Source: Cenococcum geophilum
Lineage: Eukaryota
Reading direction: 5' to 3'
DNA length: 64,000 bases
NCBI GenBank assembly: GCA_050273025.1
Contig: CP158635.1
Span: 14,136,001 to 14,200,000, forward strand
Positions 10,969 through 24,630 of this stretch are shown here, piece by piece. Position 1 is the first letter of the stretch. Each line of letters begins with the position of its first letter. Under the pieces are notes generated by a model, which saw only the letters and a list, made by a program, of their open reading frames with translations, searched no databases and was not told the origin of the DNA. The translations under genes and the position numbers were made by a program.

Positions 10969-13900
10969 TAGGCAACTTTCTATGCTCAAAAACCACGCTG
11001 ATATCCCAAAAGGCTGACGCGATGTAGCGAGAAGGCACGGCCCCGCCCCACTCAAAGCACCCCTGTAATCAAAGAAAATGCTTCTTAGGAATATGGGGTT
11101 ATCTTCCTGAATTGGGTTAACAAGTTATGTTTGGTCAGAAAAACTTGGTACCAAGCAGTGTCCGTTTTGTAATTTTGCCAGCGCTAACGTTTAGCTCTTG
11201 AGGGTATCTTGTTGGACACGAGTCTCGGGGTCGCCGACCGTGGCGCTGTTCTTTTGTCCCACCTGAAAGTCACTCCAGTAAGTATTTAGGCTGATGTGGC
11301 ACGTTGGTGACCGCTCTTCGAAACTTCTCTGGGAAGGCAACCGGTTAAACTAACGAAGCATCTATGCACCATCGAATGACTTCAAGCTCTAGGTTCTCCT
11401 GGTGTCGTAAATTCGCTCAGCAGCCCCACCACCTAAGCCTCCGTGCTTTCATTCACTATCTGTGGGATGGATCGGACGACTAAGTCGATTGCCTTATGCA
11501 GACGTCAAGTTTCAGGATTATATCAACTTCAATCATTCGTTGGCACGACAAGCCCATGATCAACCTTAAACAAGGCAAACATCCAAGGGCGGCACGTCAG
11601 GACACGTCCCACATCAAAGAAAGTCTGGCGCCCTTATGCGTCAAATCGCGTTTTTGATGCAAGCATACCCCTTCACCGCTCTAAATGGGATGCCCAATCA
11701 TCGTCAGGAGTCACTCAAGCTCTTGGGATCACTCAGGTCCAACCCATGCATCTTCTCCTAATGCCACGCCTAGAACGAATCATGCAACCAAGCCGTATCC
11801 ATTTTGCAGTACATTGGGCTCACCCTAAATGTTTTTTTCTCGTATTATAATGTACAGGCATACTCGTCCAGTGCGTACTGTACTAAACCACCCCCTTTTT
11901 ACAATTTTAGGAAACGAAGTAAAAAGGACAAAGCTCTACGCCATAACTGCCGGTCTTACTGTGATAAATGCATATCTGTACAGCGATTTTTGTGTTTTCG
12001 ATTTACCGGAAACGCAATAACCTTAATTACTTATGTCTGTAGCTGCAGGCAACACCTCAGATATAAGACTCAGCCTTACCCCTGAACACTACTTGCACTC
12101 ACTCTTTTATTAGTACTACTATATACTCAAGTATGTTATATGATCTTAAGCAATGTTTCCATGGTTTCTCGCGATTTCTAATGATGCGCTGGTAAGCACG
12201 GATGTCTCGGAGCTACCGCGGTCAGATTCAGCTCACGGATATTTACTGGCAATTCATCTGAAATCGTGATGATTAATTAAACGTCCCTTTTCTCAAAGGT
12301 CCAGTATTAGCACTGCAAGAATGATAGTTGTTTACTGAGCAGCGGATTACTTTCTAGACCGACTTACTTAGCATCCCAGTCTAATGCTACCTCAGCTCCG
12401 CTCCTACTATGACCGAGTAACAGAGTATCCTTCCCAGGCAGTTCTGGGATCGGGTCAGAACTCTAATTGTCCGAACCCAACAAAAGAGCTGGGTGACTAT
12501 GGAAGCAGGCGTACGTGTTCCGCACAGCCATTCTTAGCGTCTGAGCATCGTCACATCGCCACCTGCCTCGAGGTTTAAACCCCCCACAGACTTCTGGACA
12601 GTCTGATCTAAATTATCCATGCTTAGCTGAGAATACGTCGCATTTGGCTAAGGACATGTATGATTGTGCAAGCTCCAAATAGCTGACCCAAAACTAGGGT
12701 AGCGCGTCATCAGACTCGTCATCTTGAGCAGAAGGAACAAAGCAGCTAGTTTCAGCCCATACTATATATCCTATAGAACTTATGACCGGCTCTTTGTAAA
12801 ATACCTTACTCCAGTGCGTTGCGAGACAAGGGTAGGGGAAGGTAACGTATGGCCAGGGCCACTTTCGTTCTCAGGGTGATTTGGGTTGCTGCATAGTTTC
12901 GAGGCCGACGAAGGAACGCACTGTCCATTGAGCCGTATTTAATTAGTTGTGCTAGAACCTAGCATAGTCTTGTGAATAACAGAAGGTGGTGAAGTTTAGA
13001 GGCAAATGAGTTATTTAATCATCATAACTAAGTGTTCTTCCTAGGCAAGAGTTACGATATGCCTTATGACCGTAAATTCCGTCAAATCTGGTCCAAAGAC
13101 AACAGATGACGCCCAAGTAATTTATCAAACAGGCAAATTGCACACCGAATTGGTAGGTATGTAGTTAGGACACGAGAATACGCAGAGATTCTAGAAGTGA
13201 CATCTAGAATTTAAACGTACCGGCTTTCTTTTGTCTATTAAAATCAAGCCTAGGTCGGCACTACTAGAAATGACTAGTTAAATGAATAAATATACTAATT
13301 TGAAATTGTATGAACTGGACAGCAGTTAATTATCCGATAACCTGATGTTGGTCAGTTTTTGAGTATACATGTACGCATAAAAGGCTTTAGAGCAAGGGTA
13401 GAAGAAGTGGTGATGAAAATAGTTCGTAGTAGGCCACTACGTGGTAAGCAAAGCTTGCAGTATAAATAGAACAGGGTTTAGGTGGAGAAGACGTTTTTCT
13501 GACAATGGGCAACAGCTAATGGTTTCATTGCGATGGAAGATTTAGTGCATAAGAAGTGCCAATTCGTTCTTCTACAGGTCAGCTTGGTCGTAGGAAAAAG
13601 ACAAGAGACACCAATGGTCTCTCCAGTGGATATTCAATTCTTGAACAATGCTCTCCTTTAATCTTTAGTACAAAGCATATCCTATAACTCATCACATATT
13701 ATTGAGTACGTGGGTTTCGAGGTGGGACGAGTACTCGCATTGAAAATTCTATGTTCAGTATCGCAAATTTCTGTTTTTGGGCAGTGGTCCAATGAGTTAC
13801 TCTACATTTTATGCTGCGAAAATTGTAAAACCAAGTGTGCCAAGCAACCCCCCTCCAAAAAAAAAGGAGAAATGAACGCTGGAAAAGCAACTCAAAATCA

Positions 13901-15113
13901 CACAACAGCTTATATAACTAGTGTCTAGGTTGTACTAAAATCCTAAGTTCTAATTTACGGCAACTACGGTTTAGCTAATAATAGTACCAAGGCCGCATGT
14001 TGCTGTGCTCGCATTAGATTCTAACTTTGATTTTAGTTATGGTCTCCCCGCGGCACTGATCGGTGAGTCCCAAAAGAAATAACTACGGGGCGCTTAAGAA
14101 AAAGCGTGAGGCTGTCGAAGACCGGAAATGGAAGGTGAGGTGATTGTTGCGTATACGATAAGGCAATAAACGAGAAGGCAACGAAGAGTGGCAACGCCGG
14201 GGCGAGACAATAGATAATCAGCGTGGAGGTGGCAATAAGGGTTAGATTTATTTTCCTACTGTGGTGAGAATTCTTTGCCCAAGCGTGTGATAGTTGTCTT
14301 CTCAAGGGTACTGACTAAATGAGGAAAAGACTTGCGGATCCCGAGGCTTATGGATCAGCCTTATAAGGCTGGGCCAACTAACAAATTTCGATCGCTTTAG
14401 ATGTGGCTGGAGGCGTTCAAAAGGGACTAAGAACCCCACGTGGGAAAAGGGGCAGATTGCCACTCGATGGTTTTGTGATTTGTTACTTTGCATGTAGATA
14501 GTGAGATGCTTCAGGATTGGGAGTCTCGTTCGTGCTTTGGAGAGTGCTCAAGCACCTTGCATTCAAGAGCATTTCGGTGTTCACTGGGTGGTGGTGTTCC
14601 TTCATTTATAGATCAATAAATGTCATATTAAGAAAAAAAACGTATAGATCGATAGAGCGGAGCTTTGTTCCTTTGGGTGGCCGTATTTAGAACTGGAAGT
14701 TATGCCTGCCTGAGTCTGGATAGCCTAACCACAGGTGTGAAACTTGAAAGACATATCCAAAGCAAGAGTGATGGCACCAAAGGTGGATTTATACTGGGCT
14801 TTACATGTCCTTTATGCATACGGGACGCATTCATGGTAATCCGAAGACCAAGCCTGGAAGTGGGCCGGCAGAATTATCTATTTACACCATCCCCAGAGCC
14901 GTACCCCTGTATGTACACCGTCTCGTGGTTGGCTACTAGACCTGGTTCGCGCCACAACTCCATTTTTGCTGGCAGGCAAAATAAGAAGGTATAACAACTA
15001 GGATATAAAGCTAGGTGTTCATGGTAGCTGGGTGAATCCAACCTAGAGGAAGCATCCTTGGGCAGCCTAACACGAAATATTCGAAGCGAGAAGCAAGGAA
15101 AAACATTTACGTA

Positions 15114-18100
15114 TTATGGACCTGGCTTTTCTTCAAGGTCAGATTTTCTCCTTGGTGCGATTAGGACTTTCTTGATCATGGACGTGGCAACCGCGGCAAC
15201 CCCCACCGTGGCAGCTTTGAGTCTCATGGCTCTATCCTCGGTAACAAGAACGGCAGGTTTTGCTCCTGGATGGTCCCCTGAACGGTGTCCTCGAGCCTCT
15301 CGGTTGAGATCACTTTCTCTACGAGCCACCCCAATAATAACTTCGACTGAATTCCTCCCTCCTTCCGTTACATAGTCGCCCATCTGCTTAGTTACAAACT
15401 GGTGAGTAATGTCGCTACCTGTAGTGGTAGCAATTCGCACTTTCTTCTCTTCTATAATAGCAGCTCTGGTGCTATTGAGAGCATCTTGTGCAGCTATGCC
15501 TATCGAATCTTTGTTCCTTGATAGCATAAGGAGCTCAGCGATAACTAGATATTTCAATTAGCTACGCCTGCAAATCGACATTATATGCGGCTACGCACCA
15601 CTATCTGGAACTACAACGCTCCAGTCGCCCTCCTTGAGTAACATCTGAAATACCTCTCGTTGGTTAAGCAGTAGATTGGTGTCACAAACCATAACCTAGT
15701 TCGTAGGACCATTAATAGAGTACTGAAAGAAGACACGCTGTATCATCTTACGGTGTAATTCCTAAGTAATATCCTATTAGCTACCTTTGTAGGAACGGGC
15801 GCATGGCCGCTCCAAGTTGTGGTGGCGCTCGGATTCTGAGTTTCAGGCGCTGATTGCAGTTGACTAGAAAAACTTATTCGTTCAGCTTCAAGATCTCGCA
15901 TCTCCGGTGAGTCATCATTAGTATCATAAACATCATCAAACTTTTGAGGCGGTGCACTTGATGAATCTATGTCCATTGCATCGACCGACAGTAACGTATG
16001 GTTTGGGGAATGAGAACCCTCATTAGTTTTGTGCCCTAGTCGGACTTGTGCGAATGCAGAGGACACAGACCACGTATTGGATATTCGGTCATAATGTATC
16101 CAGCGTTCGTACTAAGACAAAGTTAGGCTAAAGTCCTCAATTGTGGCCTTTAATCTTACAGATGCGATTTTTTGACCAAGGCGTAGAATACGCTCCGTTC
16201 TTGATTTAATTATCGAGGCGAGTTCAAGAGAGCGCTCCTCTTCATCATGTTCACCACTAAACCACCATTCTGGGAAATAGCACTGACTCCAAACTTGCCC
16301 ACGTATAAGGTAATCTTCTGGTAACGGACGGTTGTCGTTTTGATCTTGATTAGGGAACAGATCGCTTGTAACGAGCGGCTCGTGTCTCTCAGACTTTGAT
16401 AACGTATTAAGGAAAGCAACGATTTCCGACCAGGGGGCGATGTCGCACAGCGATGTGCTAACGTATGAGATTGAAACAGCGGTGGAAAGGAATGCAAACA
16501 AAACGTGAACATGAGGAAGAACATTTTTGTCCCCAATACGCCGAAGGATAAGAGCTAAAGTTGAAAATGTTAGACGGTAAGCACGGGAGAATGCGAAATC
16601 GGAGGATAAATTAAGGAGCTGAGCCGATAGCTCTTCGTCAGAAAAGTGTTTTGGTTCTGGGGAAACTGGAGATGGTGAGCGACTTGAATCATCATCTGAG
16701 GGAGTTGATGGTCGTTTAGTGTAAGAGCTGTGGAGCGATTTTTCAGCGTATAACTGGAAGACGTGCCTGAGGATCGAGTCCTGTGAGCCGTAATCAAAAA
16801 GTCCAGCAATATTGGTAACGGCAATATAGACACCTTGCTCTTTCCATTTAGCGGTTACGCGCCCGACATGATTATCCAATTGACTTAAGAACGATGCGAG
16901 AGCTTCTTCAAAGCCTTCCGAAAATAGTTTTCCAAAGAGAATACCGTGAGCTTTAATGAAACTTGTGTCCACGGGTAGAGAGTGTGAATATGACGTTCTA
17001 GAACGGCCAAGGATTGGATCTAGTAGTGTTAAGATAGATTCTCGGGCGCTCATAAACGGCTGAACGCAGGTTAAGGACCGTGAATAGTAGTAAAGTTGTT
17101 GGAGCGCATTAGGCCGCGCTAGTATAGCTAGATGATGGTATAAACGGCCCACAGAGGGGCTCTTGTCAGCAGCTTTACTGTACCAGAACCGTGCAACACC
17201 TGCCCAGGTTTCGCGATCGCGTAGGTCCTCATCTTCAATAGCCATGCGATATCGACCAAGATCACCAAGACATTCGATCCAAGTATCCTCAAATGTAGGC
17301 ACTGTCTCGTAGAGAAGAGCCATCATCTGATAAGCAAGGTATATGAAAGCGAGCATATAATCCAAACTTTCGGGCAGCCGACGACGTAATAGCTCAAGGA
17401 AAGAGTGGATACCATGTTTCCACATTCTAGCAGGCATAGAGTACTTAGATGCTAGGCGACGTAATGCGGGAGAAGCAGAAGGATGTTGAGAGGCCAAGAA
17501 GAAGTCGTGATGCTCATGAAGTAGGGTTCGGTGTAGAGCAATTAATGCTTGCCAGTGATCATTTGCTAATTTAGAATTGGGATCTCCTTCAGTTTCAGGA
17601 GCGGCAGAAGCTTGCGCTCTGTCCACATGAATACATTTTGTCTCTACCATTGTAAGACCAGCATATATAGACTTCACTTCTGAGGCAAGCTGCTCTTGAG
17701 AAATAGGGCGTGAGTCGGGTTGAAGTAGAAGGTTTGGATATCGAGGATCGAAACGCTGAATTTCGATAACACCCGGTTGCTGTTGGCGGGTTGGTTGTAT
17801 ATTGAACGGTGACGGTGAACCACCTAAGCTGTGCTTTGGACTCCCATAAGATGGCGGCCTATGGGTCTTGGATTGTCGCCGATGGGTAGAGTAGTAGTGC
17901 CCGTGGGGGTTTGCTTCAACGGACCACTCCTCACTGGACGGATTGGGCGTTAGCTGCATGGATTGGTTCACACTAGCGGCTGAGCCATGGTATGGATCAA
18001 ACAGGCGAGCGTGACTAGATTTTGGCCTTGACGGATCGGGGCCGCCAGCATATCGGATGTCTCTGGAATAATCTAAGTCGTCCGTATACGGTTCGCCGGC

Positions 18101-18664
18101 AATCTCATACCCGACTACTTTGGCGCGCCTTGGATTGTCCTGACGGATTGGAACTCGTGCGGCAAATTCTGTAGGCTGTATGTCAGAGCCAGCAGCACGC
18201 TTTCTACCAGGCCGATATGTTGAGAGGGCTTGGTCCTTCCTGCTGGAACTCTTGCCTTCAAGTGTCAATCGAGTCAGGTCGGGTGTCGAACCACCTCCTG
18301 CAGTTGCATCGGATGATGCATGCGAGGCTTCCCGTGTCGGCCGATCAGGCAAAGATTTCCTGCAGAGGTAAATTAGCTTCCGGGTAAGGGAGAGTTTCCT
18401 AAGGCAGCCTAATACTCACGCTTTGCGAAGCGCCTCTTCTCGTAAAAATTTTCGGAAAAGGTCAGTTCCTCCCTGGGGATTTAGCCCCGCTTCCTGCACT
18501 TTAGACGGGTGTTTAAGATTAACATGGTCAAACAGCTGGTCGTCTTGCTGGAATATCCGCCCATCACAAAATGGGCAGGCGAGGTTGTCGGCGGTAGCAG
18601 CGGCGGTCGTTTTTGCTTGGGCTCTTAAATGCTTCGTGTAACGAGTCTGCAGCAGATCGGCCAT
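15114..18664 (-). CDS. Est1/Ebs1/SMG6-like protein: N-terminal C2H2 zinc finger, Est1 helical domain, C-terminal PIN domain; 5 exons, 1110 aa
   Basis: Exons 18664-18420, 18359-16160, 16111-15752, 15695-15599 and 15544-15114 join in frame (3333 nt). Motifs: CPFC-x13-H-x4-H; LHRTLLHEHHDFFLASQHP, CLGDLGRYR, WYSKA...GRLYHHLAILA; PIN VCDTN, VVPDSVIAEL, LVTEDRAMRLKA. Confidence 0.9.
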
Positions 18665-21039
18665 ATTATGGCGTTTCAAATGTTAATAGACGGTGGAGTC
18701 GTCGTATGTCGTTGCCGGTAAGGGTCGCTGGCCTCGTTGGCATTCCAGCGTGCGTTCTACTTGAATGTCGAGGATGGGGCCCCAGCGAGCAGCACGGTCT
18801 TGGATTTGGATTGGTCAGCCATTTGCAGCTCGATGTATTCTGGGGGTTGGGCTTGTGGGTAGGATGCAACGGAGTGGATGGGCTGCGATTGAAGCTCAAG
18901 TACCTGGTTGATAAAGCTCAAATGGCCGGCAAAACACAGCATTACACAAAATTTCAAAAGAGCTGAGGGCCCGAGGGTGTTTTTCTGTTGGAGGTGCAAA
19001 AGCACCGTACATGTAGCATGCTGTGAGGCTCTTTTAAAGATGGGGACGTTTCGCACGATTGCGAACGAGCGCTAACACTACTAGGCAACCGCCAGCCCCT
19101 CACCGGCAGTCCGGTCCGCGTGCTCATATGCGTGCTCGCCCAACGCCTTGAAAAAGGCAGTAAATTCAATGACGGGGCGGACGCGGTCTTATAGTTTCTA
19201 TAATTTAGCTGAATTGAAAATCAGCCGCATCTCCACATTCTAGTTATGCTGGGCTAGCTGACAGCCGAAAGCATCGGTCGCAAGTATTTTAGCCCCCAAA
19301 CAAAGGCGAATAGGAGTCCGCTTGAGAAGACATCCATGGAACCAAGTGTTATATACATCCTGCAGCGCCGCATCTGGGAAAGCTCGGATGCCCTGTGTCG
19401 CCTTAAAATGGTACGAGTGATTCACGTCTAGTTTCTTTCCCTTGACCGGTCCCCTCACTCACCGCAATATGCATTGTCCTTGGAGAGGGCAGCATAAAAC
19501 GAGAGTTCTCCCTTACACCAGGCAACCCTTAAGCTGAAAACCCCAATCCCTCAAGCCGACCCATATGAACACAGAAGCCTTCGCTAGGCACCAGCTGACT
19601 GTATCCTGAAGACCCTTAAACAGTGCAACTTAATTTTATTAGAACCCGAGCCTGAAACCAAGGCTGAACGCCAGCATGACACTGAAGATGCTTAGCGAAA
19701 ATCCTCACCTTACCGCGAAGAGAGTATACCACAAAATATCCTCATCCTCCTGCAATTATTCGCAGCCTTGCGGTTCTCTTAGAGTGATATAGAACTTTAC
19801 CAAGGCTGTTTCATATGCCTGCTTTAGTACTCCTGGCACCAGCGGCATGGATGGCATAGTGCGGCACCAAACTCCAAGGCAGCAGGGACCTACCACCAGA
19901 CACCCGAGATTGAGGCGCAATCACTGAAACCGTGGCTCAATTACTCTAGCGACTCCTAAAAGTAGAACGGAAGGGCCAACTTCTGTCAGAAAAGGCAGAC
20001 ACTGTCTGTGACAAGCCATGACCAGCTCCTGAAGGACGGGCACCTAGACACAGGCATTCCAAGAGTTTGCAAAACCACAAGCATTACCTGATATATATGG
20101 GGAAGACTGTAAAGATAATACATAGTGGGGAAATATTGGGCACCTTGCAAGGGTTGCACTTAGTTTTCGAGGCACGACTCACGGCATAGTATGTCCGACT
20201 CCAAGGTTCGACTAGCGGTGCAATATATCAGTTAAGAGGACCTCTGCGTGACTGTTTTACGATTACAATATATCGACCACTCGAAAACACCTCACTCGCA
20301 TCTTTATCGTGTGATCGGGTATCTTTACATATTGGGCACCGGGCCTCGACAAGCAATCTTTCGGTTTTCCATAATTCAAGCCGGCCGAGGTAAAGACCTC
20401 CAATAAGATGTGCTAGATCGTACCCTCTTTATAGGGTTCTCCTTGATACACTGGCTTCTAGCACATTTCTGCTTCGCTGGATGTCATGGGGGGCCAAAAC
20501 AGGTAGGTATGTTACAGGAGTCGGAACACTGTTTGCTTGTGGTTTCTACTCAACGGTAACTTATGCCGCTATTCTACCGGCAACCGATTGGATTCACCTC
20601 TTAAAATGGACATCCTACTAGTCCTTAATCCTCGTTTCTCTTGTTGGGCAATAAACCCCATTCAGCGTTCAACAATTATCCCTGCGAATTTCTTCTGGTA
20701 TGTTATTTAGGACGCTAGGGAGGTCACCAGGGGAACGGTCTCATTCGAACCCTTGAAACGAGCACGTAGATAAGATACTAAAGGTATATTGTTTACTTTG
20801 GTAAGAGCTCTTCAGAGTGTCTGTACACTACTAATACAATGGTTACATTTATTACACACTCATTCCACCAAAACCAGCGGTATTTATGAGAGGGAATCTG
20901 GAACGTCACGTCAGAAGACTTTAATAAAGGGGCAATGCCATGAGCACCTGCATTAAATATGGGTTAATACCACAGTACTCGAGTCCTCGGGAATTTCGTC
21001 ATCATTCCGATGTTTAGAAAATACGTCACCTGTACGTCG

Positions 21040-21995
21040 AGGAAATTTTTCTACCTAATTCCGGTCCACGACTCGTTCCGGATTATTTCTACATTATTTC
21101 GGAACAAATCGTCTTTAAAAGGAAATAAACTATTATAAACTATTAAATTAACTCTTTTAAGAGGTAAAAGATATAGTTATTAAATATATATATATTATAT
21201 AATTAGATATTACTATTAGAATATATACTATTTTTTTTAAAAAAAAATCTTACTTTTATTAAAGTCTATTAAAACCATTAAAGCCTTACTAAAATTGCAT
21301 TAAATACTTAAAAAAAAAATCTTTTATTACTAGTATAGTTTAATAATATATAACATATATAATAAGCTTTTTTTTACTATAAATTTGTACAAAAAGATAA
21401 AATAAATATAATTTAAATAGTGGTAATAAAGAGAGTATTAAAAGTTGGTTTTTTTTAAAAAGTAAAGTTAGTAAAATTATTAAAATTAACATTATATTAA
21501 AAGACTATTAAATTAATTAGTTAACTTTATTATTTTATATTAAATATTTTTTTAATAATTATAATTATAATATATTATTTTTATAGTATATACTATAGCT
21601 TTTATTTTATTAACTCATTTAACTTATACTACTATTTAGTTAAGTTTATTATTAGTTAAATTATATAAATACTTAATAATATAGCATATCTATCTATTTT
21701 ATAAGTTTTAAAAGGTTATATATAATTAGATAGCCTTTTACTATTATCTATTATATATATTATAGACTTGTTAAATTAACTCTTTAAGGGGCAAAAGTGT
21801 GGCTATTAAATATAGTAATGTTATATAATCGGTTGTCCTATTTAGCCGCTATCTATAGGAGTTCTTATTAATCTATAATACAAAGTCGTATATAATTTTA
21901 AGTGGTTGTATTCCGGAATAAACAACCTATTCTGGAATATATTTAACTATATAACATTTCAAACAGCGTCTAATTTTAACATATTGTATTACCTT
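21040..21995. mobile_element. Extremely AT-rich degraded repeat relic
   Basis: Abrupt AT-rich island with ~45-bp direct repeats at about 21143 and 21771. No recognisable coding motif. Confidence 0.55.
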
Positions 21996-22920
21996 GATAG
22001 GCGTTCATTTGGCCACGATTAAGGGGTCCTTTGGACGTCGTTTTGGACGTCCTTTATGGACCATATTCTGCAGGCCTTGGCTCGTGCAGACGCCTTAGCT
22101 CAACAGCTACCATAATTAAGCCTAGCTCAGGGGTTGTTTATCCCGCAATGAGTCGTTTGGTCCGGTATACACTCTCAAAGCGATACACGACATTGTTCTG
22201 TATTGAGGCAGAAAAATTCGGAACAAGTCATGTGCCGGTATTTGGCAGAACACCCTCCACCAAGATGGCCGGAATACTGACCATGTATTCAGTAACATTA
22301 ACTTACGTAGTACGGTGCACAAAGAGCATCATATAAAGGCCCGAGGCTCTCGATTGGCTGTCTACGTCTCACCAGGAGAATGGATGAGGGTGTCATAGAT
22401 GTTCACGAGAACATCTATAGCGATCAAATGACCAGATCAATGGTCGAGACTGCGATCTCGGCGGAAGATGTCACGAGCAGCATGGCTTATATTAGGCGTC
22501 CGTCCCGGGTATCTGCGCACACTGTAGTGTAATTAAAAAGGCATCCGACACCAGATGCAGTGCTCCAAAACCGGAATCTAATCATAGCTAGATGGAATAG
22601 TGGCCACAAACAAGGTTCGCTAGAATGCGGAACTTAGGGAGAGTGTAACACTTGTCCGCAGAGACTTATATTGTTGAGAGGAAAGTTAAGACAGAACGTT
22701 TGATGCATGTCGGAGAAGTTTGTAAAAATGACTGAAAGGCGCTGATGCAGTATCTAAAACTGCGATTTGATACTGGCAAAATAGGTTGCCCTGTAATTAA
22801 GTTACACCAATGAGTAAATGTTCTGATGATTTAGGCCCGAACCGCGATTTCCGTAGTTGCATTTCTTCAATAGTGTTTTCTTGTGTTTTGCAGGTTTTTT
22901 CCGGTGGTGTCATGTATGTA

Positions 22921-23210
22921 CAAGTCCGTGCCACCTGGTGCACGCTCCCGCCTGGGCACCAAAATACGTCCTTTTAAATACTTAGCTTATTAAATAGTAA
23001 TAAAGCTTTTTATAAAATAAAATTATAAAAAATTATACTTTATAGAATGTTTTAATGTTTTAATTCTATAAAGAACTTTATTTACTATTTAATAAGCTAT
23101 ATTTATATTTATATATAAATAGCTACTATAGTTAAGATATAAATATTTGAAAAAGACGTATTTTGATGCCATGCACCATGTGGCAGCGTGTATCAGGTTG
23201 CACGAACTTC
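22921..23210. mobile_element. Degenerate foldback MITE with nested inverted repeats
   Basis: Outer imperfect IR (CAAGTCCGTGCCACCTGGTGCACGCT vs AGCGTGTATCAGGTTGCACGAACTTC), flanked by TA. Inner IRs AAAATACGTC/GACGTATTTT and AGCTTATTAAATAGTAA/TTACTATTTAATAAGCT. Confidence 0.75.
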
Positions 23211-24522
23211 TACATGCGTCAAATGGTGCTAAGCTAAGCTAGGGACGCCCACATACATTTTGGAGTAAAAGTGGGGATAAGTGAGTCGTGGAGGCCTCTG
23301 GGAATGTTTGGGGAAGGCAATGAAAAAAGGAAAGAGGCTAGGGGAAAGACGCGCCAGTGCTGCAATGTAAGGTACTGAAGTACCCAGCCGAGGAAAGCAC
23401 ACGTTACACGATGAGCTGGCGGAACCCACTGGCTGGTACGAACCCCGGGCCAGAAGGGAAGCTATGATGTTTGCTTTGGGCAATTAAGAATTGATAGGTC
23501 TTGCAATACTTATTCGACAATGCCGAAGCGTAGACTGTTCGAACGCGTTGGTGTCTGCAAAAATTTCCACGACTCAGAGGCTAGAACGGATGCGGCCCGT
23601 CATTACCATTGCATGAGTATCGAAAGGCAACGAGGCGTTTAAGATTTGAGTTATTACCGGTCCGTGGATGCCTTATCAGAAGCATCGTTCTGCAAGGCTG
23701 AGAATTGTGATAGGCGCTCGTCATGCACGAGAAGTAGTAATCAAACCACAGCTGCTCTTGAATGCATTTGATTCTAGCGCCTATTGCGATAAAAACAGAA
23801 ACGAGAAGGCTGCAAACGGAATATAGCTATGTTCTGAAGAAAACACTCGGAGCGTGTATACCGTCGCCCCCGACTACCCCTATTAGTATTACCCTATAAG
23901 TTCTAAATAGAAGAAACGCGTCTAGGACTAGCTCCTTAGCCCTAAATTCGCTAGCTACTACTCCTTTAACTAATTTAACTAAATACCTCCCTAATTCTCT
24001 TACCAATTCTAGTAAAAGGAGTAAGTTACGCTTATTTTTTTTAAAAACTAGCTTTAGAATAAGCTAAACAGTAATATTAATTGCTATACTACCTCTAATA
24101 GCTAACTACGTTATACTATAAGCTGCTTAAAAGAAGATACTATAGAAACCATATACCTATTCTAGCTAATCTATTTATACTCTATATAAAATAACCTTGT
24201 AAAAAAGTACTAAGTAGAATTTCTATATTAGGAAAATGTTTATATACTGAAATTTAAACTACCTATTAAGTGAAATTAAATACTATTAAATATGTTAATT
24301 GGCTGCCAAATGGCTATAGCTGACGTAGTTGACGTATTTAACGTATTTAACACCAAGCTTAACACCAACTTAATGGATTATTTTTTTAATAAAAAATCTC
24401 TTACCTTACTTAATTTTCGCTTAAGCTCTAATAAGCTCCATAGTAACGCTATAAAAAATTATATAATAGTTTTTTTAATAAAAAGGTTACTTAAAAGAAG
24501 TCTTATTATATATATATATTAT

Positions 24523-24630
24523 TACGGGGAGATAGATTACGGGGTTTTCTCAAGTAGAGTTTTCTCCCTATATATAAATAAAGAGTAGTCCGCGTAGGCC
24601 CAATAGGGATCCGAATTAGACGTTAAGTAA
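24523..24630 (+). mobile_element. ~100-bp 3' UTR fragment of the Tad-like LINE
   Basis: Matches the LINE 3' end at 29697-29810 and 49405-49525. Confidence 0.85.

Noticed and set aside
10598..11038. Overlapping ORFs at 10598-11038 and 10773-11027
   Set aside because: They run through the MITE, have non-ATG starts and show no protein motifs.
11852..12140. Possible degenerate MITE (CATACTCG...GTACTAA vs TTAGTAC...AGTATG)
   Set aside because: The inverted similarity is too weak and there is no clear TSD.
12384..12578. ORF ending CLEV*
   Set aside because: An acidic residue at the a2 position is unfavourable for prenylation, and no other pheromone features are present.
14033..14493. Two abutting minus-strand ORFs, one hydrophobic
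   Set aside because: No recognisable domain or splice support, and the Est1-like gene already terminates at 15114.
18967..19026. Frame ending CSML* (CaaX-like)
   Set aside because: No in-frame ATG after the preceding stop at 18964-18966.
22095..22200. TAGCTCA motifs resembling a tRNA D-arm
   Set aside because: No correctly spaced TTCGA T-loop and no cloverleaf.
5430..23860. Gene island as cargo of a Starship-like giant element
   Set aside because: No tyrosine-recombinase captain or element boundaries are visible, and ALG5 is a core gene.
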